A DNA stretch of 63,450 nt, filler included, from Folioceros fuciformis (taxonomy: Eukaryota), in NCBI GenBank assembly GCA_049999805.1. It is 7 parts of 7 records of this genome, joined end to end, with 100 filler letters (N's around TTAATTAATTAA, not from the genome) between each part and the next. Parts side by side here need not be neighbours in the genome. Positions count along the whole stretch, not along the records: positions 46,697 to 56,402 come from JBNGIO010004016.1; positions 56,503 to 61,637 come from JBNGIO010004017.1; 5 more parts are not named here. One strand, given 5' to 3'. This document shows positions 47,514 through 61,737 of the stretch, piece after piece. The notes beneath the pieces are model-generated. The model was not told the DNA's origin, made no database searches, and worked only from the letters and a program-made list of their open reading frames with translations. The position numbers and the translations under genes are program-made. The stretch's first letter is position 1. Each line of letters starts with the position of its first letter.

Positions 47514-49110
47514 TTGTTTTATTATTGGAAAGGAATGATGGATGTAGTTGAGAAGGTGGTGTCTACTTGTGAGGTTTGTGATAGGGTGAAGGCAAGTTTT
47601 TCAGGCAAAACTTCTCAGCTTCATCCACTGTCTATTAGAGGGATGTTTTATAGGTGGAGTTTGGATTTGGCTGGAGAGTTACCAGTCACGCATAGAGGTT
47701 TTAAGTATGTGTTGGTGATGATAGAACATTTCTCTAAGTGGATAGTTTTGGTGCCTTTGAGAGAGAAGAAGTCACATAACATTAAGGAAGTATTTCTTAA
47801 TCATGTGTTGAGTGTTTTTGGGGCTTGTGCAGAAGTGTTGATTGATCAGGGTACTGAATTTATGGACGATTTTGATAAATTTTTAAATGAGTATCTTATT
47901 GATCATAGGGTAACTTCAAGGAATCACCCAGAGGCTAATGGTTTGGCAGAAAGAATGGTACAGACATGTAAGACTGCTTTAAGGAAATATTGTTTGGTAA
48001 TGGACAAGAGTGAGTGAGATAGGATGTTGCCATTTCTTGCGCTGGGTTATAGGATGAGTAGGCAAGCATCACTGAGAAAGTTTTCACCATACATGCTGTT
48101 GTTTGGCCGTAGACCACAGTTATATGGGATGTTAGAAGACAAGGTGAATGCTATAGTGGATTTGAACGATCCTAATAAGTGGTAAAAGATAGTCACACAT
48201 AGAGCGGAGTTGTTTAGGAGAATAATGCTTATGGCAATAGATAATCTGTTCATAGCTCAACATAGGGATGAGTTGAGGTACAGGAAGTCAAGGAGTGAGC
48301 ATTTTAGGCCTAAGGTGAAAAAGTTTGAAGTTGGAGATTATGTATATTTGCAAAGGAAGACTATGACAACAATTGATACAAGTGCGAGTAGGGTAATATT
48401 AAGGGTGAGAAGTGTGAAGTTGAATGGAATTCTGGAGTTGAAGGGAAAGGATGGCACAACTTGTTTGGAACACATGAAAAAATGTGCACCATGTCATTTA
48501 CCTCACTTAAACTCAATAATTGATGTGCAAGCGTTTGTGCCGACGAAGGGATTATCTTGTACAAGTTGTGGAGATTCTAGAGGTGATCATTGCATGTTGT
48601 TGTGCGATATGTGCAATGATGGGTGACATACTTTTTGTTTAGAGCCTCCACTAGAAGCAATGCCAGATGGGCAATGGTTTTGTCCAATATGTGTAGCAAT
48701 TGATACATTGTGAGGGACAGTGTGGTCAGCATGTATGAATTTTGATGAAAAGTTTGTAAATCTATCTTACCAACGAAAGATGGTCGGCAGATTAAGGGGG
48801 GGAGTGAAGGTGTCGCAGCGAGGGAGGAGGAGTAGAGGAAAGCTACTCCTTTCATCGATCTTGTGTGCAGTAAACCACCAAAGAGTGGCAGGATGACCAG
48901 TAGCCTTGGTGTGCACGACGGAGAGGAAGCACCCAAGGAGAGACATCCAAGAATTATAAGCGTGATCACTTTACTCACATCAAGGGAGGAGGAGTAGAGG
49001 AAAGCTACTCCTTTCGTCAATCTCATGTGCAGTAAACCACCAAAGAGTGGCAGGATGGCCAGTAGCCTTGGTGTGCATGACGGAGAGGAAACACTCAAGG
49101 GGAGGCATCT
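47514..49110 (+). mobile_element. Ty3/gypsy integrase with C-terminal PHD finger, PPT (~48793-48804) and 3' LTR from 48805 containing a 162-bp tandem duplication
   Basis: rve core WSLDLAG, VLIDQGTEF and HPEANGLAERMV; FEVGDYVYL; in-frame C4-H-C3 PHD at 48558-48692; aagggggggag followed by TGAAGG. The duplicated units start at 48821 and 48983. Confidence 0.88.
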
Positions 49111-49388
49111 ATGTGTGTACTGTTGCAAGAATATACGCCTATATCATATAAGGGCTGGCCACCCCATATAAACATGAATGCATGCTAAATATATAGAGTG
49201 AAGCACCAGCCCGTACGGAGCTTATGTTGCTTGGAAAATACAAGGTAACCTTGAACATGATATGACCTCGAGTTTATTTATGGCCATGGAAACGTCTGCC
49301 AAACGTTCAAAGGTTTCAACAGCAGATTTCAGTTCCATTTCCGAGCCAGAGAGACTAGATGACGACAATGGCATTGCCTGGATGTGGA

Positions 49389-50916
<1,528 letters not shown>

Positions 50917-51814
50917 GGCCACTACTGGCCTCTGCAACTCGCTCACTCGGTCACTCGCACACCCTCTGAATGCAAGAAACTATACAGGCGCTGCCATTAG
51001 GGCCTGGAGTGCCTAGGGCCCGGGGCGGCTCGTTTTATGTAGTGCCTCGGGACGAGGCTGCCACCAGAAAGAGCCTTGAATGATTTAGTCTCCAACTCTG
51101 AGCCTGGTCGCCATACACTGCCCAGTTGCCGTCTTCTGAATGCTGTAGTCGTGTAACCCGTGCTTGGTTGGTGAAGTCGGTTATCCAGTCCACAAAAGTT
51201 TGACCCACAACCGGAATTTAATACAATATAATATTGATGGTGGTTGCTGCTCTCGCTTTTGAGATATACACACTTTATTGAAAAGTTGCACAGGTCTGGC
51301 TTTTGAGAATTCATAAAAGAGTTCTTTATTATGCCAATACAAAGCACAAGCTCCCTAGTGCTGCTCCAACAGTACAAAGAATGGGCAAAGAGTTGAATCA
51401 TCTCATGAGAACTATGCATTTGTGTAGAGGGAATGCTCTCATCCAAAAAGAGGTGTGGTTCTTGTATAGATTAGGAGATTGTAATGCCCAGATTAAAGAA
51501 GGCCAAGTTGCACATGGGCAACTTGCAGGCCCATCTCTAAGCTTGTGGCCCAAATTATAGATTTAAATACTAGATTCATTATATTTGCACAACTTTGATT
51601 TAACGATAAAATCATGTTTTTGATATCTATATATGTGTAAGGTGCTATATTGAATCCAATACTAATCAGGACTATATCAAAAAATATGTGACGGAATTAA
51701 AGACATTTTAAGTGATAACTAGAATTTCACTAGTTCACTTGCTCTTGTTGGGTCTAAGGGATGAGCCCTAAAAGTACAATTTATATGAATTATTAAATCC
51801 ACATACAAGCCATA

Positions 51815-52296
51815 ATGATCATCATGTCTTTTAATTACTTTGATGATATATCAAATTATGTGTTTGATGAAATGTACGTACGTTCATCAGCATGGAATTT
51901 TGTGATATTTAGTATGACTTTGGTCATCTTGGTAATCATGTGTCTGTATGCATTTGCAAGTTTTCTTATACCTTAGAATTAATAGAAGACGAAATGCATC
52001 AAGATGTTACATACGACGATGACTTGATTATGGAAGAACAATACCTTGATGTGGATATACTAAATGAAATAAGTCCAATCATGTTATACAAGAAGGAGAA
52101 CAAAAACATTAAAGAATGTTGTATATGTCTTCATGAGTTTGAAGATACAGATGAAGTTTGAAAACTATCAAAATGTTCACATACATTCCATGAGGAATGC
52201 ATTGATTCATGGTTCTTAACTTCCACAACTTGTCCTCTAGATAGATGTGTTCTTGACATAGAAAATGCTTTTATATCTATACCTATTGATGTGTAG
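51815..52296 (+). pseudogene. ATL-like RING-H2 E3 ligase pseudogene (TM helix plus RING-H2)
   Basis: Hydrophobic FVIFSMTLVILVIM segment, a frameshift near 51940, then ECCICLHEFEDTDEV*KLSKCSHTFHEECIDSW...TCPLDR with an in-frame TGA. Confidence 0.75.
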
Positions 52297-52504
52297 ATAA
52301 CTATAGGATGTTAAGTAACTTGCTTGTAAACTCAACATAGATTAAATTTTATTTGTAACAAGAGTTACTTGGATAAAATATTTCACTTTCAATCTTGTTG
52401 TTTAGGGAATGGACCTTATCATAGCCATTAAGTTTAGAAGTCTAGTCTAGTCATATATCATCCAATTAGAATAACAAATTATTCCAAGCCCTATAACGCG
52501 AATA

Positions 52505-53000
52505 AAGTTTTCTTGGTTTCTAGGATTCTTCTTAGGATCCTAAAGGCTTCAAGAAAACTGCCCCATAAAAGATGAATGAAGTTTCTTGTATTCTAGGATT
52601 CTTCTTAGGATCCTAGAGGCTTCAAGGACATTGCCCAAAGTTTCTTGGTTTCTAGGATTCTTCTTAGGATCCTAAAGGCTTCAAGAANNNNNNNNNNNNN
52701 NNNNNNNNNNNNNNNNNNNNNNNNNNNNNNNNNNNNNNNNNNNNNNNNNNNNNNNNNNNNNNNNNNNNNNNNNNNNNNNNNNNNNNNACACTGCCCCATA
52801 AAACATGAATGAAGTTTCCCGTATACTAGGATTCTTCTTAGGATCCTAGAGGCTTTAGGGACACTACCCCATAGAAGATGAATGAAGTTTCTTGTTTTCT
52901 AGGATTCTTCATAGGATCCTAGAGGCTTTAGGGACACTACCTCATAAAAGATGAATAAAGATGCTTCTCAGGATCCCAGAGGCTGTAAGAACATTGCCAT
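52505..53000. repeat. ~73-bp tandem repeat array (core ctaggattcttcttaggatcctagaggc) spanning an N gap
   Basis: Unit starts at 52791, 52864 and 52937, with further copies left of the gap. Confidence 0.9.
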
Positions 53001-54459
53001 TCAAAAGCAAATTTGTGGGCAAAAAGAATGATCTTGCATCTAACCCAAGGAGACAGGCTAAGTTGTTGGATATCGTCTAAGGCTACAAATCTAGAATACC
53101 ATAAGATATATGTATTTATGTTATGTGGAGGAGCAATTTCATACACTAGTAGGCCCCAACCTGATGTGGTTTTGACATTCATAAGAACATAGTAACATTT
53201 GTTGCATAATGGATGCAATATTGCTGTTGAATGTTGCTTGAAGAATAAGGATTCAAACTCAAACATGCAAATTGCATCTTGCATAACAATGAGGTTTGTA
53301 TTATTTAGCCAAGATTGCTCATTCTCACACAAAGATGCATCACATTGAAATAAAGCATCATGTCATCGAAGACAATGTTTAGTCCAAATTAATGTTTCAT
53401 AGACAACTCAACAAAGCTGTTAAGGGCTGAATGAAGCCCAAGAGGGTGAATGCCTCGAGAAACTCGAATGGGTTCCAGACATATGTTGCAATCCCCGCTT
53501 TCAGGCCCATACGTTGGAAAATTGTTGTTCAACCATGGACTTTCGACCGTACTCAAGTGCTATAATGGGGGACTCTCTATCCCAAAAATGGTGTGACACT
53601 CGGGTAACATGCCCACAATGTGCAGTTTTGTGCCCATGGCATACATCGTCCGCGCCGTTGTCTTTTTTGTTGTTTTACGTTATTGTGCGAATCCATGTTG
53701 GACAACCTATGTCTGGGTTTGAGAGTGGGGAGACATGCTCCTTGTTCACATCCGCCATCACACTTTCGTATGGACCCATGATCTTCCCACCTCTAAATAT
53801 GAAAACTCGTCTTCAACATGGAAGCTACGCATCGGAAGGTGCTAGCCGATCAGCGCCTTCCACCACCCCAAATGCATGATGAAGTCAGGTATATATATTC
53901 GGATGTGGGCAGTGCCAGGAACGTGTGCTAGAACCCACTCCTACCAAAACTCATTACACAACTGTACATAATCCGGACAAAATTCTGTCATGGTAGTGTA
54001 GACAACAGTACAAATGGTAATAGATCATATTCATTGTTTCAGTGCACTCCTAACATTGTGGCTATCTTGTCATCATCTATCTTATCCACTGCTAACGGGT
54101 TTAGTCGATTACAACCCTCGCCCACTGATGGACAGCACCACCAACTTCTCAATGTCAGGGACATCTGCCGTCCCAAGGTCAAGGTGCGTGCCAATAGTTC
54201 ATCCCAAAATGACATGCCACCTCGTTTCACCTGCTGCACTTTCTTGGCAACCTACATACGGGCACGTGGAGGCCTTTGCCCACAAGCATATACTTTGACT
54301 CATCGTCGCTGCTTGCTGTCTCCGGCTCACATGGGGGTTCTATCATCCCACACAACTCATGGAGTTTGTCTCGAATCCCCTTTTTATCAGCGGCATAAAG
54401 ATGCTTTCTTGTTGTCAAGTTGAAATCGTAATATAGGATAATAGTCTCATCCATAAACA

Positions 54460-55800
54460 CCTCTTGAACATTTTTGGGGTGTTTGGCCTTCCGCCCTTGC
54501 TATCTTGCCTTGACGCCATCATGCATACTATTGCTTCTCACAATGAACTCTTCTACATACTTCCCTTCATATGCATCTGTAGGTTCAAGTCAGTACCAAT
54601 GGACGAGCAAGCTTGGCCTAACACCTTCCATTCGCACTTCCTCCACTTTTCCTATCCAAAAAGGCTGATTGTGTGTATCTGTGCAGCATGGTGTAGCAAT
54701 GAACATTCCCTCCCGTATCTCAGACACATCACTGTTCACACGATCCATCTCTTGTTGCTGTTGTATGGGCCGCCAGTAGTTGCCTATGTACATGTCCCTC
54801 CGTGGGAGTTCCCTCAACAATGCCTCTTCAAGATACGTTTCATCAGGCACTGGCAATTGTTCAGCAGTCTCCTCGGTTGCATCCCTCGAAAACCATTTCC
54901 ACGGGACCTGTAGAGGGAGCTCTATTTTGTTCTCTACCATTACTGCTACTGCATGTTGGTTTTCCCAAAACTCATCCCACCATAGCCTGTCATCCATAGA
55001 GATGTATGCAAGCAACCCGGCAAGGCCCTCCTTCTAGTGGGTAACCCTGATTACCGGTGGCATATTAATATCCCTTCCTTTCTTGTCTCTTGCTTGTAGA
55101 GAGAGGAGCGGAGTAGAAGAGATAGTGTCCGTAGGCACAAATTTCAAAAACTCCAAGCCTCGTTCTATCTCCCATCTTGGAGACATGAAATACTGCTTAC
55201 TTCGTATCCCTGTCATGAGCCCTCCATCCCCTCTGTGCTCGCGGGTTATTTTGAATTGATGTTGGAATGAGATATTATTCAAACGTCGCACCGCCGTTCT
55301 ATAAGAAGTGCTTTCCGCTCCCCTATGAACTGGCCACACAAAAGATCTGAAATCTGGGACTTCTGCGAGGATTGTCACCTCTAGAGTTGGCGTGTATGCC
55401 TTTCGCAAAATATTTGCCAAAGAAGGCACCGTGAGCGCTTCTTTGTGTTGCAAGCTCTTTGAGAAACATGAAAACATTTGGTCTACTTGGTCATGCATGT
55501 CGTCCATAAGCAAAAACCCAACCTTGATTTTGTAAAACATTCCCATATCCACGAGCATATTTAGGGTATGCGAAGAGCAGTTGGTTCTTATTCTCTCTGC
55601 ATGTATTGTCTAGTTGTAAGTATAGAACCTTTGGCAATATGTCGGCATACGTGTGAATGGCATCCTAGATGATTGCTATAATCAAGTTTGCATCATTCCA
55701 CAAGTTTGCCGAATCCAGGTATGCCTTCGCCCTGTACGCATAATTGTTTTTTTTTTTTCGCGAAGCCTATACGCATAATTGTGCACCATACACCCCACTA
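54460..55800 (-). mobile_element. Degenerate DDE transposase, Sola-like
   Basis: LPKVLYLQLDNTCRENKN ... KIKVGFLLMDDMHDQVDQMFS (decayed FLxVGHTHxxxDQMFS) and a downstream PFWIGKV...VHWY domain. Confidence 0.65.
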
Positions 55801-56502
55801 CATGCACTGCCACACGGCTTTCGTCAAATAAGTTCTTGGGCCATCATAAAAAGCGCAGAATCTCTATCTTCTTTTGATCCATCCCATCGATTGCCAACAT
55901 TAGTTACTTCCAAGGGTACACATAGCTTTTGCTTCGATGCTTGGACATCTTTGCACACTTTGCGCATAACTGATCTCAGTGGGCGTCTAGCGCAGTCTAG
56001 TGCTTCTCTGCATACACCACCTCGGATATTAGGGGAACTGAGCCTGGATGATATGCGATATTCATTTCGTCAATCACCAAACTCACGGCTACGATACTTT
56101 AGCAAGACTTTGCTACCTTGAAACCCTACTGTCGTGGTTTCTTATTCGAGCAAGGGGTGACCACAATACCTTGCTATACGGCATGGGTTGAGCAAAAGAC
56201 CCTACCATAAGCAATACAGCCTACACAGAGGGAGGGCGCCAGCTGAAGGACCGCTAGAGGAGCTACATGGTGAAGGAGGAGAGGAGGAGGCAAGGAGGAG
56301 AGGAGAAAGAGAGGTCACACTCTCATTGTCTCACATTGCAAAGGAGCTCAAGGGGGTTTATATACCCTCTAGAAGAGCTCCCTATGAAGCTTCACGAGAA
56401 GCNNNNNNNNNNNNNNNNNNNNNNNNNNNNNNNNNNNNNNNNNNNNTTAATTAATTAANNNNNNNNNNNNNNNNNNNNNNNNNNNNNNNNNNNNNNNNNN
56501 NN

Positions 56503-58031
56503 GAGGCTATTGGGACCTCTGCATAGGTGATGAGAGTGAACCGGAGATGGATCGTACTCCATCACAGGAGCAAAAGACTGCTCACAAGCATTGCACTAAG
56601 AGAGCATGTAAAGTGTTACACTGGCTCTCCTTAAGTATTTCAGATGCTATGGTCATACAGATCACGGGATGTGAGTCTCCGAAGGATGCATGGGACATAC
56701 TCATGAGGAACTATGGGAATGTCCCACATGCTAGGAAAATCCAGTTGAAGCAGCAGTTCAACAACTTGTCACGAGGTAGCAGATCCATACTCGTGTATAC
56801 AATAGAGGTGAAGACCATAGCTGATCAGCTTGCTACAATCGATGTAAGTGTGACGGAAGATGACATGGTTGCAGTTACTCTGAACGGACTTGGCAAGGAA
56901 TACAAGTCCTTTGACACATCAATCTATGTGAGAGCTAAGTCCCCAAGTTGGGATGAATTGGTTGCTTTGGTCTGAACATGGGTTCAGGTATGTCTAAAGA
57001 GAGAGACAGTATTTTGTTTTCTAACCAACGTGGGAGAGGCCATAGAGGTCGTGGTTCATTCCGAGGACGGGGTGATGCTCGAAACACGTAGAATCAGCAA
57101 GACAATTGGCGTGGAGGAAATGCACAAGGCCAGAGAGCATCTGGAAGTTTTAGAGGCGGAGGTAGAGCCACAAGAGGAAGAGATGGTTCTTTTCAATCTC
57201 ATGACTATTCCAATAGAGACAAGGAGTGTTACTACTATGGAAAGGTTGGTCATATTGCTAAGGACTGTTATAAGCAGCAAGCAGACATGAGAGGAAAAGG
57301 AAGGTAGCATGAGAACTATGCCTCCTCTAGTAATGCTGGAAATGACCAGGATAGGTTGTTTGCCATGCAACATCTCTCTAAGCAGGATGGGCAGAATGAT
57401 AAGAGATGGTACATTGATTCAAGAGCATCAAACCACATGACTCCGCATGGTGAGTGGTTTAACAAGATGGATGCAGGTCCCCATGGTCATGTGTGTACAG
57501 GAGATGATGCACAACATGATATAAAGCACAGAGGAATTGTTCCTCTCAGGATGCCGAATGGTCAGCAGAAGAGTGTGCAAGATGTGTTGCATGTTCCAAC
57601 CATTACGAAGAACCTGTTGTCTGTTGGACAGATGGCTGAACAAAATCTGCAGGTTCGATTCAATAAAGATGGATGCTTTATTGAAGAATATGACAGAGGG
57701 CGCAAATTGATTGCTAAAGGTAGTAGGAATGGATGGATGTTCACTTTGGATGCATCCATTCCAGAGCTAAATGCAGCAATGTTTACAAATGATGCAGGTG
57801 CCATACATGATGTTCAAATATGACATAAGAGGATTGGGCATGTGAACATAGAGAAGCTGAAATCTATGCAATAGAAAAGCGTGGTGGAAGGATTGCCCAA
57901 GTTCAAGTATGCTGATCTTGGTCATGTGTGTTCTGCATGTCAATTTGGAAAACAATCAAGGTTTCCATTTGTGCGACACATGCAGAACAGCTCGAGACCT
58001 TTGCAATTGATACACTCTGATGTATGGGGTT
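56503..58031 (+). mobile_element. Degenerate Ty1/copia gag-protease-integrase start, interrupted by LTR family B
   Basis: SPKDAWDIL, TLNGLGKEYKSF, WYIDSRASNHMT and CSACQFGKQ. The frame is cut at LIHSDVWG. Confidence 0.9.
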
Positions 58032-61000
58032 TGTGGAGTGGTTTCTTGCACCCAAGAACCACCAAAGGACCACACTTTCCCTTATTGTCGTTGTAGTCCT
58101 ATGATTCGCTCCCAAAGGAGTGAACTATTGTCAAGGAACACTTACAGCTATCCACTAACACAACAAAGAGGCCAGAAGCCTAGCCTATCTTCAAATCAGC
58201 TCACCCAACTCACACCCCAGATCTTCAGCCCTACAGCTCTTCATGATTCCCACTTCAGTCCTTCCTCCTTCACTTCAGCACGCACTCCTGCACCTCAACA
58301 ACTCACTCTTCACTTCTATGCACTTCACTCCAACTCTTCCTCTCTTTGCTTCAGCTATCCCTTGGAAATTGGGACACAACGGCTTCACTCCTTGCAGCCT
58401 TCAAGCGTAGTGTAGATACTAGGATTGGATAGCCCTCTTGGCTCACAGTCCTGTCACTTTACTTCAGCCAACCTACGAATCATTCAGCCCTTGCGGATCC
58501 GGCCACACGGATCNNNNNNNNNNNNNNNNNNNNNNNNNNNNNNNNNNNNNNNNNNNNNNNNNNNNNNNNNNNNNNNNNNNNNNNNNNNNNNNNNNNNNNN
58601 NNNNNNNNNNNNNCAACCGGCTCAGCGCCCTAAGCCAGGAGTTCAGCACACAAGGTTCAGGGAAATTACACCGTAGACAGCCCCCTTCTCAATGATAGGT
58701 CTGGCCTCTTATACTACCTTGGCCCAAACCTGCATCTTTGTCTACTAGGGTTAGCCTCAGTCAACCGCTTAGCAGTCTCGCTCTGACCTAAGCTGCCCCT
58801 AACTTTCACTAAAACCTAACTCTGACCTAATCCTAACCCCGATTCTGACCTAACCTAACCCCGACCTAAGAGAGGTTGTGACCCTTTGACATCGTTAGTT
58901 GCTCCCTACCAAAAATCATCAGCCTCTCACACTCTCCTCTCCTCTCTCGGATCATCCCTTTCCCTCAAATCATCCTGCAACCCTTCAAAGCCTCCACCTT
59001 CCTCCAGTCGTCTACTCCCCATCCTGCTGGCGAAGGAGGCCCCATGGTCCAGCCCAGCTACCCATCTAATGCCCTTGAGGAGCAGCCTTGTAAACCTGGC
59101 ACCTGAAAGTGACATCCCACCATCTGGCTCCGTGCCTGGAAGCAAAATGCCAATTATGTCATCCGGCTGCTCGGGCTCCAATCTAGTTGCAGAAATGGCA
59201 ATGCCTGGATCACGAACGCATTCGGTGCTGTTCAGGTTGACCGCTCCAAAGGCCTACAGCAGCATTGTTCCCTCATTCTTTGGAGTCACGAACCTCCTCC
59301 CAACTGCCCCGCTTCGCTCAGCCCGTTGAGAAACGGCCGCCTGCTAGCCGCTTGGATCCGGCTCCTGCTTGCCATCCATTGTTCTAGTCTAGAGCTGGCC
59401 CGCCGTAATCCTACCACGAATCTTGAGGGGGGTGCCGGTTCCTACCGTGCTGATTAGTCTCTATCCCGCCACCCACTTGATTACATTGCCTGGCCTAGAT
59501 TTAACTGCAAACCCCTTGCCCGGCCTACCGATCAATCTCCTCGCTAGCCAGCGGCAACCCAGCCCGCCTGGTCAACAAGTCTGGATCTTGCCGCTTGCTT
59601 AACACGATCCAGACCAACCTGCACAACACAATTCGGGCCTGCCTACCATTGTTGCCTAGATCCTGCCACCCTGGCCCCGCTCAGCCCCAGCAATCCGGCT
59701 AGGCTTAGATTGTCCACCAACCAGCCAGCCTGCTAGACTGATCTTGGCACCCGCCTGCTCGAAGCGTCGGTCACTTGGAGGCCGGCACTCCCCTCTAATC
59801 CGCCTGGCCGATTCAATCCGGCCCCAGCCGTCTAGAGCACCTTCCTCCCATGCAACCAGCCTTTAGCGCCAGCCAAGCCGCCTGCACCGAGGCCACACAC
59901 CGGCCTCCTGCCTTCCGAATCCAGCCAGGTAGCCAGGCTGCCTGGCTTGGCTGCCTGCTGGTTTCGTCTGCTTGGAGGCCGGAAGCCAGCCTGCCTGGCT
60001 GCTTGGGTTCCTGTAGCCAGACACTGCCCGGCTCTCGGGTCCTTCCCCGACCGCTTTGCTGCCTAATCGACTCTGCCCGCCACCTAGCCGCATGCCATCC
60101 ACTACCGCTACTGGCTGCCTGCAGCCCGATCTGCTGGGCTCTGGCCGATCGGCCAAAGCCCGAATCACCCCAAAGCCCACAACCTCCTAGCCTGGATCCG
60201 ACTGCCGCTGGGCCTCCTGTCGGTTTCAATCCCGCTGAGCTCGATTTTGCACGTCCTGGCTCCGCCTACTTGCCTAGACTTCGTCGCCGTCTGCCACAAC
60301 CCTGGAGTGTCCTATCTTCAACCTTGGCAGCCGCCCGCCTGGCCTACGTGGCTACTTGCCATGATCCCACCCAGCCAGCCGCTGCGTGGGATCCTGTTGC
60401 TGGGAGGTTTGCCAGCCTTCGGATCCAGCCCTGGTTCCAATCAGCTTGGATTCGCCCCACCTGCTGCTTGGCCGCGATCCATCCAGTTTGCCTAGCGTGC
60501 TCCTGGCTTCGACGTGGCTCCGCCGACCTGCTGCTGACCAGTCCAGGAGCCTGCAAGCCGGCCTGCCTGCTTCCCAGCAGCCGGGCTGGACTGGGCTGCT
60601 GCCTAAGCTCTTCAGTAGCCCGCCACTTGCCAAGATCTCTCCTGGCCCAAACTCCCCATCGGCCAGGATCTCCTTGGCCCACCAACCGCCTTGATCCGCC
60701 TCAAACTCACTTGCCAGCCATTACCGCTTGAATCAGCCCAAGGCCCGTCTGGCCTGGATCCAGTGCCACCTTTGGCTGCCTGCCTGTCCGGCCAGTGCCT
60801 GGTCCCTGCTAGCCCTTGGGCTATGTGCCTGGCCGCCTCTAGCTGCAGCCAGGCCGGTCCCCTGGCTGGCTAAATCCAACCCGCTAGCCTGCAAATCGAT
60901 CTGCTACTGTAGCCAGCCAGCGACCGCAAGGCGATCAGCTAGGCCCACCTACCAGGATCCGCCCGACCAGTCGCCCGTTCTGTTCCCCCGGCCTGCCTCT

Positions 61001-61160
61001 CCTGGGCCTTACCTGCTAGCCAGCCCCAATCAACCCAGCCCGCCAACTAGCTAGGCCCAACTAGTCGGCCTGAATTCACCTTGGCCAGCCGCGTACACTC
61101 CTCCCCCCCGGCCAGGCACTGCTGGCTACCTTTCTAGCCAGCAGCCACCTCCAACCACGA
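58032..61160 (-). mobile_element. Family B long GC-rich LTR, copy 3 (3' portion, 5'-truncated)
   Basis: Begins tgtggagtggtttcttgc, the reverse complement of the 6092 end. Homologous in reverse to ~4660-6092 and collinear with copy 2. Confidence 0.88.
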
Positions 61161-61737
61161 CCAGTTTGTTTCCCTCTTGGCCTGGTGTGAACCTCCAAAG
61201 TTTGGGGTAGTAGTTTGTTTTGGTTGAAAAAGGGTCAATAGTGGTATGGTTCGGTTTTCTTTTTCTACTTCTTTTCAATAATTTTTCTTTATTTTCTGGT
61301 CATTTTTCCTATTTTTCTTTGTGCTAATTAGGTTAATTGACTAGGAAATAGTTGGTTTGGTTATTAGAGTGTGTACGGGTCTGGTTCCAGACCAGGGAAA
61401 GTTTAGGTCCGGTACTGGGCCATAGGGTTGGGAAAGTTTGAGTCTAGGTCTGGTGATTAGTTTAATATTAATTAAAGATATATAATATTAAATAATTAAA
61501 TAATAATAGAATAATAATTAAATAATTAAATAATGGTCTGAACATAGGAATGGGAATATGTGGGTATGTCAATGTTAGGGGTCAAGCTGGCTGATTGCCT
61601 GGCCGGCCTAAACGGCATGGAGGCCGTGCCCTAGCTANNNNNNNNNNNNNNNNNNNNNNNNNNNNNNNNNNNNNNNNNNNNTTAATTAATTAANNNNNNN
61701 NNNNNNNNNNNNNNNNNNNNNNNNNNNNNNNNNNNNN

